A stretch of 64,000 nt of DNA from the human T2T-CHM13v2.0 reference genome, Homo sapiens: the NCBI RefSeq assembly GCF_009914755.1, contig NC_060932.1, one strand, 5' to 3'. The notes under the pieces are model-generated. The model was not told where the DNA came from, made no database searches, and saw nothing but the letters and a program-made list of their open reading frames with translations. Positions 13,014 to 30,818 of this stretch are shown here, one piece after another (the stretch's first letter is position 1; every line of letters begins with the position of its first letter). The position numbers and the translations under genes are program-made.

Positions 13014-14030
13014 ATGGGGAAAAAAACAGAGCAGAAAAACAAGAAACTCTAAAAATCAGAGCGGCTCTCCTCATCCAAAGGAACGCAGCTCTTCACCAGC
13101 AACAGAAGAAAGCTGGATGGAGAATGACTTTGATGAGTTGAGAGAAGAAGGCTTCAGAAGATCAAACTACTCCAAGCTAAAGGAGGAAGTTCAAACCAAT
13201 GGCAAAGAAGCTAAAAACCTTGAGAAAACTTAGATGAATGGCTAACTAGAATAACCAATTCAGAGAAGTCCTTGAAGGATGTGATGGAGCTGAAAACCAT
13301 GGCACAAGAACTACGTGACAAATGCACAAGCCCCAGTAGCCAATGCGATCAATTGGAAGGAAGGGTATCAGTGATGGAGGACAAAATGAATGAAATAAAG
13401 CGGGAAGATAAGTTTAGAGAAAAAAGAATAAAAAGAAACGAACAAAGCCTCCAAGAAAGATGGGACTATGTGAAAAGACCAAATCTACATCTGATTGGTG
13501 TACCTGAAAGTGTCAGGGAGAATGGAACCAAGTTGGAAAACACTCTGCAGGATATTATCCAGGAGAACTTCCCCAATCTAGCAAGGCAGACCAACATTCA
13601 AATTCAGGAAATACAGAGAATGCCACAAAGATACTCCTCGAGAAGAGCAACTCCAAGACATATAATTGTCAGATTCACCAAGATTGAAATGAAGGAAAAA
13701 ATGTTAAGAGCAGCCAGAGAGAAAGGTCAGGTTACCCACAAAGGGAAGCCCATCAGACTAACAACTGATCTCTCAGCAGAAACTCTACAAGCCAGAACAG
13801 AGTGGGGGGAAATATTCAACATTCTTAAAGAAAAGAATTTTCAACCCAGAATTTCATATCCAGCCAAACTAAGCTTCACAAGTGAAGGAGAAATAAAATC
13901 CTTCACAGACAAGCAAATGCTGAGAGATTCTGTCACCCCCAGGCCTGCCCTACAAGAGCTCCTGAAGGAAACACTAAACATGAAAAGGAACAACTGGTAC
14001 CAGCCACTGCAAAAACATGCCAAATTGTAA
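13014..14030 (+). pseudogene. LINE-1 ORF1p, frameshifted
   Basis: ORF 13272-14030 has the ORF1p RRM/CTD (WDYVKRPNL, ARREW variant ARTEW, YPAKLSF). The N-terminal part is out of frame. Confidence 0.93.
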
Positions 14031-14093
14031 AGACCATCAAGGCTAGGAAGAAACTGCATCAACTAACGAGCAAAATAACCAGCTAACATCATA

Positions 14094-18212
<4,119 letters not shown>

Positions 18213-18539
18213 ACAATGAGAACACATGGACACAGGAAGGGGAACATCACACTCTGGGGACTGTTGTGGGGTGGGGGGAGGGGGTAGGGATAGCATTGGG
18301 AAATATACCTAATGCTAGATGACGAGTTAGTGGGTGCAGCGCACCAGCATGGCACATGTATACATATGTAACTAACCTGCACATTGTGCACATGTACCCT
18401 AAAACTTAAAGTATAATAATAATAATAAAAAGAGAAAAAAAACAAAAATATACTTCTCTCTATACCTATAGCACCCTTTTATGCCAGATAGACCTCCTCA
18501 TTCACAAGCAGGAGCAGCCTGTGTCAGGCAGTGGGTGTG

Positions 18540-18547
18540 AGAGAGAG

Positions 18548-18589
<42 letters not shown>

Positions 18590-18590
18590 T
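18540..18590. repeat. (GA)n(GT)n compound microsatellite
   Basis: Direct reading. Confidence 0.95.
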
Positions 18591-20480
18591 ATTTGATGAG
18601 GGGATGTCATGATTAGCAACAATGGAAACAATTCTCTCCTTCCCACAAAATGGGACATCCTTTGCCGTCTTCACTGATTTTTCTTGTTTCCCACACCCTC
18701 AACTTTCACATTTTTCCCCACTGACTCATTCTCCTGGTGCTGTGTGGCTGCCCCATTAACCCATCGGTGAAAGCTTGTAATCCCTTTGCCCCGCAATTAT
18801 GTCACCAAGCCAGGCCTCACGCAGAGTCTCCCTGGGGAGGGCCTTCCCTTTTCTAATGTCCCCAATCAGGAGGGAAAATTCTCTTTGAGTTCAAGACTTG
18901 TCCCAAGACGGGTGGACCCCACAGACATGGAATATCCTTAAGCAGCAGTCACCTTGACTCTTGGGCTTGTCATGCCCACTCGATGATCCTCCTTGGCAGT
19001 ACCCCCAACACCAGCTTTCTTAAGGCTCCCTGACACTGTGTCCACTGGGCAGCGGCTAGATTTTTTTAACATCCAAAGAGTCACTGTTTCCTGCAAAACG
19101 TGTCATCTTTCAATGCTTTCAGAGCTGGGCTGCCTTGGTATGAGTGGCAGGTGGGGGCAAAGTGACCCAGGCCATGGGTTAATTTTTATGTCCCTGACTT
19201 GGAATCCAGTTCTTCTTGTGGATAAACAAAGAGCTGAGTACTGCTTGAACACACTTTGAGATCTTTTTTTCCTTTCTCTCCTTTCTCAGCCTAATGATAT
19301 GTTTGTTCTCCATCGACCCCTGGGTGTGCTGAGACCTTGCCCCTGCTCTGCCCGCCCTTTGGCCTCCTGTCACTGTCTGCAGAAACAGAGCTGGAGTCCT
19401 GGACTCCTTGCTGCTCTGGAGAGGGGAAGGGCAGCTGGCTGCTGACCTGACTGTCCATGTTCCTAAAGGCTAAGCTAAGAATTGAGAGCAGTGCTCTTCC
19501 CTCACCCACACTGGGAATAAAAGGAGATTTTGGGAAACTAGAAGCCTATTTCCTTCCAAAATATTTAGGGCCATGGAGATCACTTCTTACCCTTCTGAAC
19601 TTAGACCCCCAAACTCTAGTTCCGTATTTGGGACATGTAAAGTTTCTTGTCATTTTTTTTTTCCTGGAACCTGAGTGGGAAGGTTTTTACCCTATGGCAC
19701 CTGCATAACCCCAAGCACTATATATAGCCCATGGCTGGTAGGTAGAATGGTGGGGAAAAACAGAGGGCTGAAAAATGCAAGCCTCAGACATGTTCTTTAG
19801 TGGACTCTATTACATGTTGAGCCCCTGCTGAGTCGCTCTTTTTTTGTAAGGATAGATTTTAGGAAACTGAAGATGCTGATGTGTGCAATACCACTACGTA
19901 GCTCTGCCTGACCCTTCAGCTTCAAGAAGTCCAAGCTGGCTGTCATTAACAGCTGAAAGCAAGCTCTTCTCTCTCAGCCCCAGGTGACCATCACAGCTGT
20001 ATGAGGTAGACAAGCCTGGTGCTGTCTCCAAGAACAGTCTGAAAATAGGGATGCCATCAACTTTTACAAAGTGAAGACCCAACAAATTTTGCCTCCAAAA
20101 ATCCCCAACATTTCTTCTGTGGCATCTCATATTATCACCAGTGGGTAAGAAGCATTGCCCATTTCCATCTTGTTTAATTCCTATGAGGGGCAGAACAGGG
20201 ATGGGGAGAAGTGTTCCAGGTTCTGATTCCCTTTTTTTGGGCCTCTCCCTTGAGAACTCACTCTTTTGAGAACTGACTCCAGGAACTGCTGTCTTCAGTC
20301 TGGGGACTTGGAACTAATGGGAAGGGTGAGATGAAGGTGACCCCTGAGGAACTCAGGGTGGGGCAGCAGAACCTCACTTCAAAGCTCCCATCTTCCTCCT
20401 GACTCTGAGTTGCCAGGTGAATGACAAGAAAAAATGGGAGTTTTAGACCATCCTTCTCTCCTCTTTCTAAAAAAGCAGCA

Positions 20481-20785
<305 letters not shown>

Positions 20786-21857
20786 CAGTGAACTTTTCTT
20801 AATTAATTACGTGACTTCCTATGCTGATTTAATTGAGATATTGCTTTCATGTTATTCACTTTTAAAATGGATCATGTTTTGTTTGACTCCTTCTCTGTCA
20901 ATTTCAAATAAAGAATTGTTTTTCATATTTGCTTCTAAATGCATATTTCAGACAGCAGTCCTGGGACTCCTGGAAAGTCCTCTACTGAGAAAGAGCACAG
21001 ATTTGCAGACCTTTGGGAACTTCTGCTCCATTCTCTAGGATTCTGCCTCCTGAGGACAAATGGAGGAGTAGAAAGCAGCCAGAGCCTCTCACAGGTCAGC
21101 ACTGCTCTCCAGCTCAGCCCTAACTCTTAGGAGAGTTGTGGCCCAGAGCCTCCTGTGACGGAAAGGCTGCTGGTGAGCAACTCTTGAGGGCCTGTTCCCC
21201 TCTGGTGTCCTGAATTCTTTAACAAACCAATCTATGGGCCTGAATTCCATGGTATTTGTGATTTTACCACACCTGGGCAAATGGTCTGTAACTTTTGGAT
21301 AAAAGCCTTTGTCCCCACCTACCTTCTGTGCTGCCCAACCTGTTCTCCTAGACCAATGCTATTCTAATGTCCCCCGAGAGTTCCCATTCCTGAGGTCTCT
21401 CCATCCCAAGGATAGATTATGAAAAGAGAAAATAGGAATAGGAAAACAGAAGTTAACCTCTAATGTGGGCAGCCCTTGGGATTCCTTACCAGATTGATGT
21501 CTGTGTCTTTTCAAACATGGATAAATATGGATATCACTGAATGCAGAGACATGATAGAAAGATGATCTCAACCTCACTCAAATAAAGAAAGAACCAAAGA
21601 AAGCCCCAGGGATTGTTAAAATGCAGAAGAAACCAGCCCAAATTCTCCAGCATCTGTAGCTAGTGGCTTCCCCGGGCAACTGAGCAGAGAATGTGCTCTC
21701 TAGACTAGAGTTCCTGACCCGCATCACAAAGATATGGTACAGTCACAAAGGGGTCTTGAGCTTAGGGAGGGGACAAAGGAGGAAGTAACCCCAAGGCCCC
21801 CATTATTCTCCCCTCTCTTCTCTGGTCCTTCCTACTTGTCACCCATAACTGTTCTTT

Positions 21858-22252
21858 CTATCATCTATCTATCTATTCACCCATCCATCTACTCATCATC
21901 TATCCATCTATTCACCCATCCACCTACTCATCATCTATCTATTTATCAGCAATTGTCATGTATCATCTGTCTATTATCTATCACCTATTGATCTATCAAT
22001 CAATTATCTATCATCTATCACTTATTAATCAATTATCTATCAACTGTCTATCACAATCACTGTTTCAATCTATCCTCATCTATCTGGTACCTATTAATTT
22101 ATATCATCCATCTGTCATCCATCAACTATCATCTGTCATACATTCATCTATTTATCTGTCATTTATTAATTAATCAATCAATCTATTATCTATCACCTAT
22201 CACCAATTAATCTATGTCTCTCTTATACCTATCTTTCTTATCTATATATCAT
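21858..22252. repeat. Degenerate (TCTA/TCCA/TCAA)n tetranucleotide array
   Basis: About 400 bp of tatc/atcc/atca variants, nearly G-free. Confidence 0.9.
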
Positions 22253-22900
22253 CTCCTTTAATGCAATTTCCTCTTTACCCCAACTTTACCCCAGATATTC
22301 ATGAAATTTTCTTTTCTTCCTTAGAGATATGCTTGGACCTCACCATCTCCACAGCTTTTAGAGGTCTGATCACCTCCCAGGAATTATTATTAAATTTCCA
22401 GGCATTATTTTTAAAATGTTGACTTTAAAAGTATAATACAAAGACAGAAAATGTAAACATCATCAGCACACAGCATGACGATTTATTAATCACTGACTTA
22501 CACCAAGAAACCAGCGCTGCATCAAAGCAGATTTCCCAGGATCTGGACGCCACCCTCACGCTCTCTGCCTATCACTCCTTAAGACCACCTCCCTTCTGTG
22601 CCCAGTGCATCACTCTATGATTCTCACCAGTGCTGATGACTTTCCCCAGGCACACTGTTTTGCTTCTCCTCTGTACCTACTCCCTTAGCCCTCGCAATAT
22701 TCCTCACATTACATATGAGGAACCCAGTGAGCAGAGTTCACAGTGACTGCCAAGGTCACACTTCTAGGAACCACAGCAGAGCTAAGACCAACCCAGGGGC
22801 TCAGGCTCTGGAATCACATCCTTTAACCACTGGGCTGGGTTGTGTCAAGCATCATGACAGATGGGGGCATGGTTAGAGTGCACAGTGAGATGTGGGTTCA

Positions 22901-22971
22901 CAATACTCTTCTTTTACTTCCTCTCACTTGCAGCAGAGTTCAAGTTGAGAAGATGTAAAAGAAGAGTATTG
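22901..22971. repeat. Near-perfect inverted repeat (28-bp stem, 10-nt loop)
   Basis: CAATACTCTTCTTTTAC (22901-22917) is the exact reverse complement of GTAAAAGAAGAGTATTG (22955-22971). Pairing continues to 22930/22941 with 2 mismatches and 1 bulge. Confidence 0.92.
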
Positions 22972-23893
22972 GGGGGGCCGTGGTGAGGAGGCAGGGCTAC
23001 AAGAGGGGAAGGAAGGGTCACAGGACACAGCTATTAGGTGCAAAGGCAGATCTGAGCCTAGGGCAGATTAGGGGCCATTATTTATTTGCCATTTCACAGA
23101 GGACAGGAGAAATCTGAGGTGAGTAATAGCCCTGTATCCAGCAGGCGCAGCTCAGTGCTCTGCTTGAGGCTGTTGCTAGATGTGTCTGAAGTCAGTCATT
23201 GTCTCTGGACTGAGGGGTCAGGTGAAACCTGACTCCTTGGCACTCTGGGGGGCCTGGGTTCCTGACTGCACTCAAGCAGTTCACAGGATGTCTGCCCAGG
23301 TCCATGCTGTAGGAGGATCAGGGGAGAACTGAGAAGTGCGTGAGGCTCAAGGTGAGCATGGCAGGGCTAGGGGTGAGTGTGGGCTCCAGGACGGGTGGAC
23401 TTGTCATGGTGGCCCACGGTTAGCTAGGGGAGGGGATGAGGCTATGGGGCAGGAGGCTTTCCTCTCAGCTCCACCACTCACTGGTTATGAACTGTGGATG
23501 GGCAACTTTATCTCTCAGAGTACTGCTTTCTTCATGTCTGAGACTGATTGCATCACTGCCCAAATCAAATTGACATGTGAATTAAATAAGGTAGAATTTT
23601 ATTTATCTTATAGATGGCACATAAGGGCCATTGATACCTTTCAATTTCTCTTCCCTGTGTTGTCTTTGCTGAACTCTCTTCTCTTTGATACTGATCTAGG
23701 GTAAGTATTGATGAGATCTTACTATCTTGCAAAAGAGAGATAAAATGGAAAAATAATGTTTTCTTTGAATGATTTCTTGGTGTTAGGGGTTTCCATCACT
23801 CTTGCATAATTAGCAACAAGACCTGACTTAGACATTCAGCATGGAGCAAAGAACCCTGGCAGTACAGCCAGAACCAGCTGCGGGCTGGATGGG

Positions 23894-24408
23894 TGTATCA
23901 GTCAGTGTTCCCTAGAGAAATACTTACATATGATATACATTATATGTTTACAAGTATTATACATTCATATCAATTTATATAACTATGTAATTTATATTAA
24001 TTAGATATATGACATAATTATATATAACGAGTATTATGGGGGCTAAGTCCTAAGGTCTGCAGTCATCAAGAGACCCAGCAGGTTCCAGTCCAAATGCTGG
24101 CAGCTTGAGACCCAGGAAGAACTCATGTTTCAGTTGGAGTGTGAAGGCAGGAGAAAGCTCATGTCCCAGCTCAAAGGCAGTCAGGCAGAAGGAGTTCTGT
24201 CTTAATGAGCTTTTGTGTTCTATTCAGGCCTTTGGCTGATTGGATGGGGCCCACCCAAATTAGGGAGGGCTCTCTTCTGTACTTAATCTAAGATTACAAT
24301 GTTCATCTCATCCAAAAGCACTCACGGAGACCTGCCCAGAGGAATGTTTGCTCAAATCTCTGTGTAGCGCACAGCCAGTCAAGCCGACGCCTGGAATTAA
24401 CAGATCAA
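23894..24408 (-). mobile_element. ERVL solo LTR, MLT2B-like, with an AT-rich expansion (~23925-24030)
   Basis: 'tgtatcagtcagtgttccctagaga' ... 'gattggatggggcccaccca' ... 'ccagtcaag..gac...aattaac' match the MLT2B reverse strand. Confidence 0.75.
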
Positions 24409-24509
24409 TGGTGACTGAAGTTTCAGACTGGCCTCACACCAACCCTGATGAGATTCGGGGTGGAGAGAACTTTGTCAAGTGCTGCTGAAGGATGAATGGG
24501 ATTAGTAAC

Positions 24510-25155
24510 TAGGCAGCGGGAGATGGAAACCAGAGCACGGGGCTCACGGGGTGGTGGTTGGCTGGCACTGGCTGCGCGGCAGCTGAGGGGGTCCCCCGGA
24601 GCACCCGCGGGGTCCTGGTGCACTCAAGCCTCTCCGGAGGCGGCCGTCTTTGTCCTTAAGGTGGAGTGCCGCCCGGGCCTCCAGGGTGATCGCCGGCGCA
24701 GGGATGCAGAGCCGCTGCCTTTCTGGGCGCAGGGAAGGGGCCAGCGACTGCGGTGCAGGGAGGCTGCGAAGTATCTGCAGGAGGAGGGTGAGGCCGGCTG
24801 GCTCCGGGAGGATGGGATTGGCAAAGGCCTGTAGGACCCGGGGGTGTCAGGGATTCTCCCATTCGATTTCTGTCTGTTTGCGACCCCTGTGAGGCGCGAA
24901 AGAACAGGAGTGGCGGACGCTCACGGCTTTGGACCTGGGGGTCCTGCATGGCGGCCTCAGGCGTGCCCGACGCTTCCCTTCTGAAAAGCGGGGAGATTTT
25001 CCTGGAGGAGTGATTTCCTGAAGAGCCATGGCCGGAAGCCCTGAACTTTCATGGTCACAACCAACCCCAAGGAAAAGGGAGTGTGGGAGCCGGCGTCCCA
25101 CATTGGAGCAGTGGACCCGGTCCTGTGGCCCACAGGTGTGCTGCCGTCCCCGCCT
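24510..25155. promoter_or_regulatory. CpG-rich island in non-repeat DNA, with a weaker shoulder to ~25700; target gene not identifiable
   Basis: Dense unmutated CpGs (gcgcgg, ccgcgg, gccgcccggg, cgccggcgc, ggcgcg) against CpG-depleted flanks. Confidence 0.7.
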
Positions 25156-26410
25156 CCAAGAGCAGAACTAACTCATGTAGCCATGCCTGAAGGATGTCAG
25201 GGCTATCAACAGAAAAGAAAGGCATCTCTATGGGGGACAAGGCATCTCTGTGGAGACATTATTCTTTGTCACTTGTTCAGCATTTTGCAATTTATTTTAT
25301 TTTATTTATTGTCATCGTATTCTTATTCCATCAAGTAGGACAAATAACCCCAATTTTCTGACTTGTCCGGGCTGGGATTTGTTTTCAGTCAAGATGGGGG
25401 TGAGATCGCTTTTCTTCCTATGCATTTGTAAACATCTGATCCCGGATCTCTGCTGCGGATGCTGGAAGCGATGGGGCGGTGGGGCCTGTCTTGGCTAGTG
25501 TGGGCTCCCCAGAATCAGCATGCTGGGGTGTCTCTCAAAGGGAATTGCAGGCGACTCCGCTACCAGGGCTGTGCACAGAACCGAGAGCAAGGCAATGGCA
25601 GGGGTCTGGAGAAGAGAGATCCAACGGGCTTCCCCTGCCGTCACAGGTGTCCCCTGAGACTCAGAGTGGAGAACGACACTGTAGGACAATCACGGGAGCC
25701 AAAGTAAACCAGAGTCAAAGCAGGCAGAGATTCTGCACATTTCCTGGCTGGAGGATGCTGTGGGAAGGCAATCAGGTCCAAGGCCTGGGCAGGTTGTCAA
25801 GCAACAGGTTTATGGTGACCTCCTATCTGGGCTGTCCTGGGAGAGTCCCAATTTCAAGTATGTTATCCAGTTTGTTAGATATGAGTCTCTATTTTATTAA
25901 TTCAGTTGTATTTGACACCTGTTCTATGCCTGGTGCTGAGCTGGGGCCTACGCTACAGTCAGAACCAAGGTGTGGACTCTGTTCTTAGGTTGCTGACCGG
26001 TGAGGGAGGCTGAGGATTATAATACAGAGTGATGAACTTTGTAGATTGGGTGCCAGGTCCACCACATCATAACCTCATCTCCACTTCAACACTGTTGTAG
26101 CCACTTTTCATTATTCTGACCTGATGCTATTTTAGGGTATAAAAGATTTTATCACATCCCCTGGGGAAAGGAAGACTCAGTGCTTTAGGAATAGCAGGCA
26201 ATGCATATTAGATCTTGTCTATGTTAACCACAAAATTTCCCACTTTGGCAAACTTCTGCTGAGACATCCTGCCAATGTTCTTCATTATGTCTCTCAAAGT
26301 TTCAGTTCCATTTTCCCTGTCTTACAACATAATGAAAAAGCAGCGACGTGATTGGCAAATGTCTATATTATATCTAATTCTCAAAAGGTATTTTACATAG
26401 ACATGTTTAT

Positions 26411-26630
26411 ACCAGCCTGGGCAACACGGCAAAACCCCGTCTCTGCTAAAAATACAAAAAATTAGGGGGTGTGTGGTGGTGCACACCTGTAGTCTCAGCT
26501 ACTCTGGGGGCTGAGGTGGGAGAATCACCTGAACCCAGGAAGTTGAAGCTGTAGTGAGCAGTGATCTCACCACTGCAGTACAGCCTGGGTGACTGGAGTG
26601 AGAGCCTGTAAAAAAAATTAAAAAAAAAAA
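26411..26630 (+). mobile_element. 5'-truncated AluJ-like element
   Basis: 'accagcctgggcaacac...ctaaaaatacaaaaaattag...cagcctgggtgac' plus an A-tail. Confidence 0.85.
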
Positions 26631-27288
26631 CCACACACACACAAACACAAAACACAAAACATAGACATATCTATAGATGGATGGATGTGGAGGGAGGGAC
26701 ACATCTGGGCACAGATTGTGAGGTTGGACACATACTTTGTATGTGGCACAAGCTTAATCTTCCAGTTAGAGGATTACCTTACATTTGTTCCTTGTAGTGA
26801 ATTTGCATTTAGCTCCCAACTGATATTGCAGAATAAAAGCAAATAATCATTTTATAATGAAGCTCCCTAAGGTTAGAAAATATGTGCTAAGGAAGACTCC
26901 CTTGTAAAACTTATGAGGGAGGGGTAGTGTCCTTGTCCTAATCCGTCACCCACTGCCCTCTGGTGGCTGCAGGGGAAATGGCATGAACGTTGCCTAGCTC
27001 CAGGCATTCACACTTAGACATCTTAACAAACTTGCTGTTAGATCGAATCCAAATTCTGTTAAGAGTCAATGTTTTTGGAGTGTCCACTAGTGGGAGCCCT
27101 TGTTTTGTCATTTTACACCATGAAAAAATAGGCTCCTTCCCAAGTTCAATGTTTCAGTGAGTTATTTGTTGAGCACGTGTTCTGCCCTGGATTCAGGGCA
27201 GAACACAGAGTCAAGGGCTACTGACCTCAGGCCCCGCAGGATGTGGAGAGGGGATGCAGTGAGCAGAACTGGTCCAGATCACAGCTAG

Positions 27289-27705
<417 letters not shown>

Positions 27706-28510
27706 TAGATATAGAGTTTTCCTAAAACTGGGATCAACTTTTATTCCCAATTAATTTTGCCCTTAATATGAGCACTCATCTATGTCATTTAATGTTTTGG
27801 AAAATATGATTTTAATGTATGTATAGTTTTCCTTAATATATATTATACATAAATTACATGCTTCTATAGTTCCCACTCTCATCTTCTTCCACAACCAAGT
27901 CTTGTTTATTTCTGAAAGTGAATCTCAATTGCTATCATCTTGAGACAGGTCTCCAACTGATATATATTAATAATTTGTGATTTCTAGTGTCTCAAAATGG
28001 ATTCATTCATATTAGGTGGCATTAAGCCCACAGCAAAATTAGTTTTCTTTAAAATGATAAGCATATGTGAGCACTGAAGTTACAGTAAGTTTATTTTTCT
28101 TTAAAGTGATAAATATATATATGCTAGACTAAGGTAATGAGATAACACCTGCTGTGGCTGGGTGCCAGGTGAGACCCTGTGGCTGAGATCATGATAGTGA
28201 GACCCCTGTGGAGAATCATAAAGGTGGCAAGGGACTGGCAATGTCTGAGGCGCTCTTGGAATCTCAGCCCCTGAGGATTCTGAAAGTCTCCTCCACACTC
28301 GGGCAGCTGCAGCCAAGAATGATTGCCTGGAGAGCAGCAGATTTACCCCCCACCAATGGGCACCCCAGGGGGACTTCCAAACTCACTGCAGTTCATCCAT
28401 CAGTGGGCTGGCCTTCTGAGCATCCACTGTGGTTTGTTATCCCGTAATTATTGCCTTTAATAATTTATTGTGAATGCTTGCTTGATTGTGTGTGAACTCA
28501 TGTGTCTTTG

Positions 28511-29222
28511 TTAAAAACTAAGATGCACTGCCAGGTGCAATGGCTCACATCTGCAATCCCAGCACTTTGGGAGGCCAAGCACTTTGGGAGGATTGCTTGA
28601 GCCCAGGAGTTTAATACCAGCCTGGGCAACACAGTGAGACATCACCTCTACAAGAAATAAATATAATTTAAAAAAGAAATTAAGACACAAACACACTCAT
28701 TAGAGTAGGTCAACACAGGGTCAGGATCATCAATCCCCACGACTTCCACCTCCACATCTTGTCGCCCTGGCAGCCCTTCAAGCACAATAGCATGCATGGA
28801 GCTGAGCTGTCCTCTCCTGTGATAACAATGCCTTATTCTGGAAAACCTCCTGAAGGACCTACCTGAGGCTGTATTACAGCTAAACCTTTTCATAAGGAGA
28901 ATGAGTACACTCTAAAATAATGATAAAAAGCATAGTATAGTAAATACATAAACCAGCACACTAGTAGTGGATGACCATTATCAAGCATTGTGTACTGTGT
29001 ATAATTCTATGGGCTATTCTTTTATATGACTTGCAGCACAGTAGGTTTATTTACACCAACATCACCACAAACACGTGAGTCATACCTTGGGTTATGAAAT
29101 TACTATGGTAATGGCATCACTAAAGAATAGGAATTTTTCAACTCCATTACAATATTATGAAACCACCATCACATATGTGGTCTATCATTGACCAAAATGT
29201 CCTTATACAGCTCATGACTGTA
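28511..29222. mobile_element. Tigger3 (Golem)-like TcMar DNA transposon fragment, interrupted by an Alu left monomer (28529-28665)
   Basis: 'agggtcaggatcatcaat...ttccacctccacatcttg', 'gtatagtaaatacataaaccag', and the terminal 'catgactgta'. Confidence 0.75.
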
Positions 29223-29545
29223 AAGGTGGGGAAAAACGATCAAGTGCTACGTAGTAATACATCAGACTGCTGCAAGGGAGAGCCGGAGACCTCTTCATGG
29301 GGTATCTGAAAGGGCATCAGTGAGGTAACATTTGCCTTGGAAGCAGAATGAAAAGTGGAAATGAGCCCTCCAAAAGTCTGGGAATGGCGTGCTGGGGGAA
29401 GGTTCAACTGCACAGAGATCCAAGGCAGAAGTGAGTTTGGCCAGGGAGAAGGTGAGAAAGGCAGCCAGTGTGATTGCAGGGAATTTGGGGGGAGAGGAGG
29501 GAAGGGAGGCAGAAGGGCAGGGGCAGATTCTGAAGCAGGTAGACT

Positions 29546-30050
29546 GTATTAGGGATCTATTACTTTATGAAAACATTATTCCAAACACAGGGGCTTACAG
29601 CAACAAACATTCATCATCTCACAGTTTCTGTAGCTCAGGAACCCAGCAGGGCTCAGCTGGGTGCTTCTGCAAAAAGGTGTCCCACAAGGCTGGGGCTGCT
29701 TTCTCAGCAGAGGCTCACCTGGGGCAGGATCCACTTCCAAGCTCATGGGGTGCTCATTGGGAGAATTCAATTTGCACAGAGGCCCTGAGTGTCCCTCCAT
29801 CTGTTGCCCTTTTTAGGTCTTAAGACACATGAGAGAGACAGAAAAAACAGATAAATACGGAGAGAAGAGGAGAGAGAGTGCAACATTAACTACAGTCATT
29901 TCATAACTAAATCCTGGAAGATACATCCGTGGCTTTTGCCATATTTTACTGTTAGAAGTGAGTCGTTAAGTCCAGTCTACACTCATGGGGAAGGAGTTAT
30001 ACATGATTCATGAACTAGGAGGTGGGAGTCGTGGCAGCCACTAAGGAGGC
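29546..30050 (-). mobile_element. MaLR solo LTR, MLT1F/G-like
   Basis: 'tgtattaggg', 'atctcacagtttctgtagctcaggaa', 'ggatccacttccaagctca'. Confidence 0.7.
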
Positions 30051-30288
30051 TGAGATGAAGCATATGGATCTGAATCTAAAAATAACGGGAAGCCACTGCA
30101 AGTTTTTTATGGAGAATGTGCAGACAGGAAAATGAGGCCAAGAGAGGAAGTGACATTTCCAAGGTTACACGGCAAGAACCCAGGCATGCTTTCAGTTGCT
30201 GGAAAGCATTCCATGCTACGTCCCACCCCTTCCTCTATTTTATCTCTAATTTTGTGCATTGGCTACACATGATGCCGGCCCACAGGTG

Positions 30289-30818
30289 TTTCTTTTTTTT
30301 TAATTTTTTATTTCTATAGGTTTTCAGGGAACAGGTGGTGTTTTGTTATATGAGTAAGTTCTTTAGTGGTGATTTGTGAGATTTTGATGCACCTATCACC
30401 AGAGCAGTATACACTGAACCTGATTTTTAGTCTTTTATCCCTCACCCCCTTCCCACCCTTTCCCCATGAGTCCCCAAAGTCTATTATGTCATTCTTATGC
30501 ACTTACATCCTTATAGTTTAGCTCTCACTTATGAGTGAGAACATACGAGGTTTGGTTTTCCATTCCTGAGTTACTTCACTTAGAATAATAGTCTCCAATT
30601 CCATCCAGATTGCTGCAAATTCCATCAATTCATTCCTTTTTATGGCTGAGTAGTATTCCATCATATGGAATATATAGTTTCTTTATCTATTCATTGATTG
30701 ATGGGTGTTTGGGTTGGTTCCACATTTTTGCAATTGGGAGTTGTGCTGCTATAAACATGCATGTGCAAGTATCTTTTTGTATAATGACTTCATTTCTTCT
30801 GGCACATACCAAGTAGTG
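30289..30818 (-). mobile_element. 5'-truncated L1PB-like 3' end
   Basis: T-tail then 'gagtaagttctttagtggtgatttgtgagattttg'. TSD core GCCCACAGG at 30278-30286 and 30821-30829. Confidence 0.85.

Noticed and set aside
21734-22173. I/S/Y/H-rich ORFs
   Set aside because: They are translations of the degenerate TCTA repeat.
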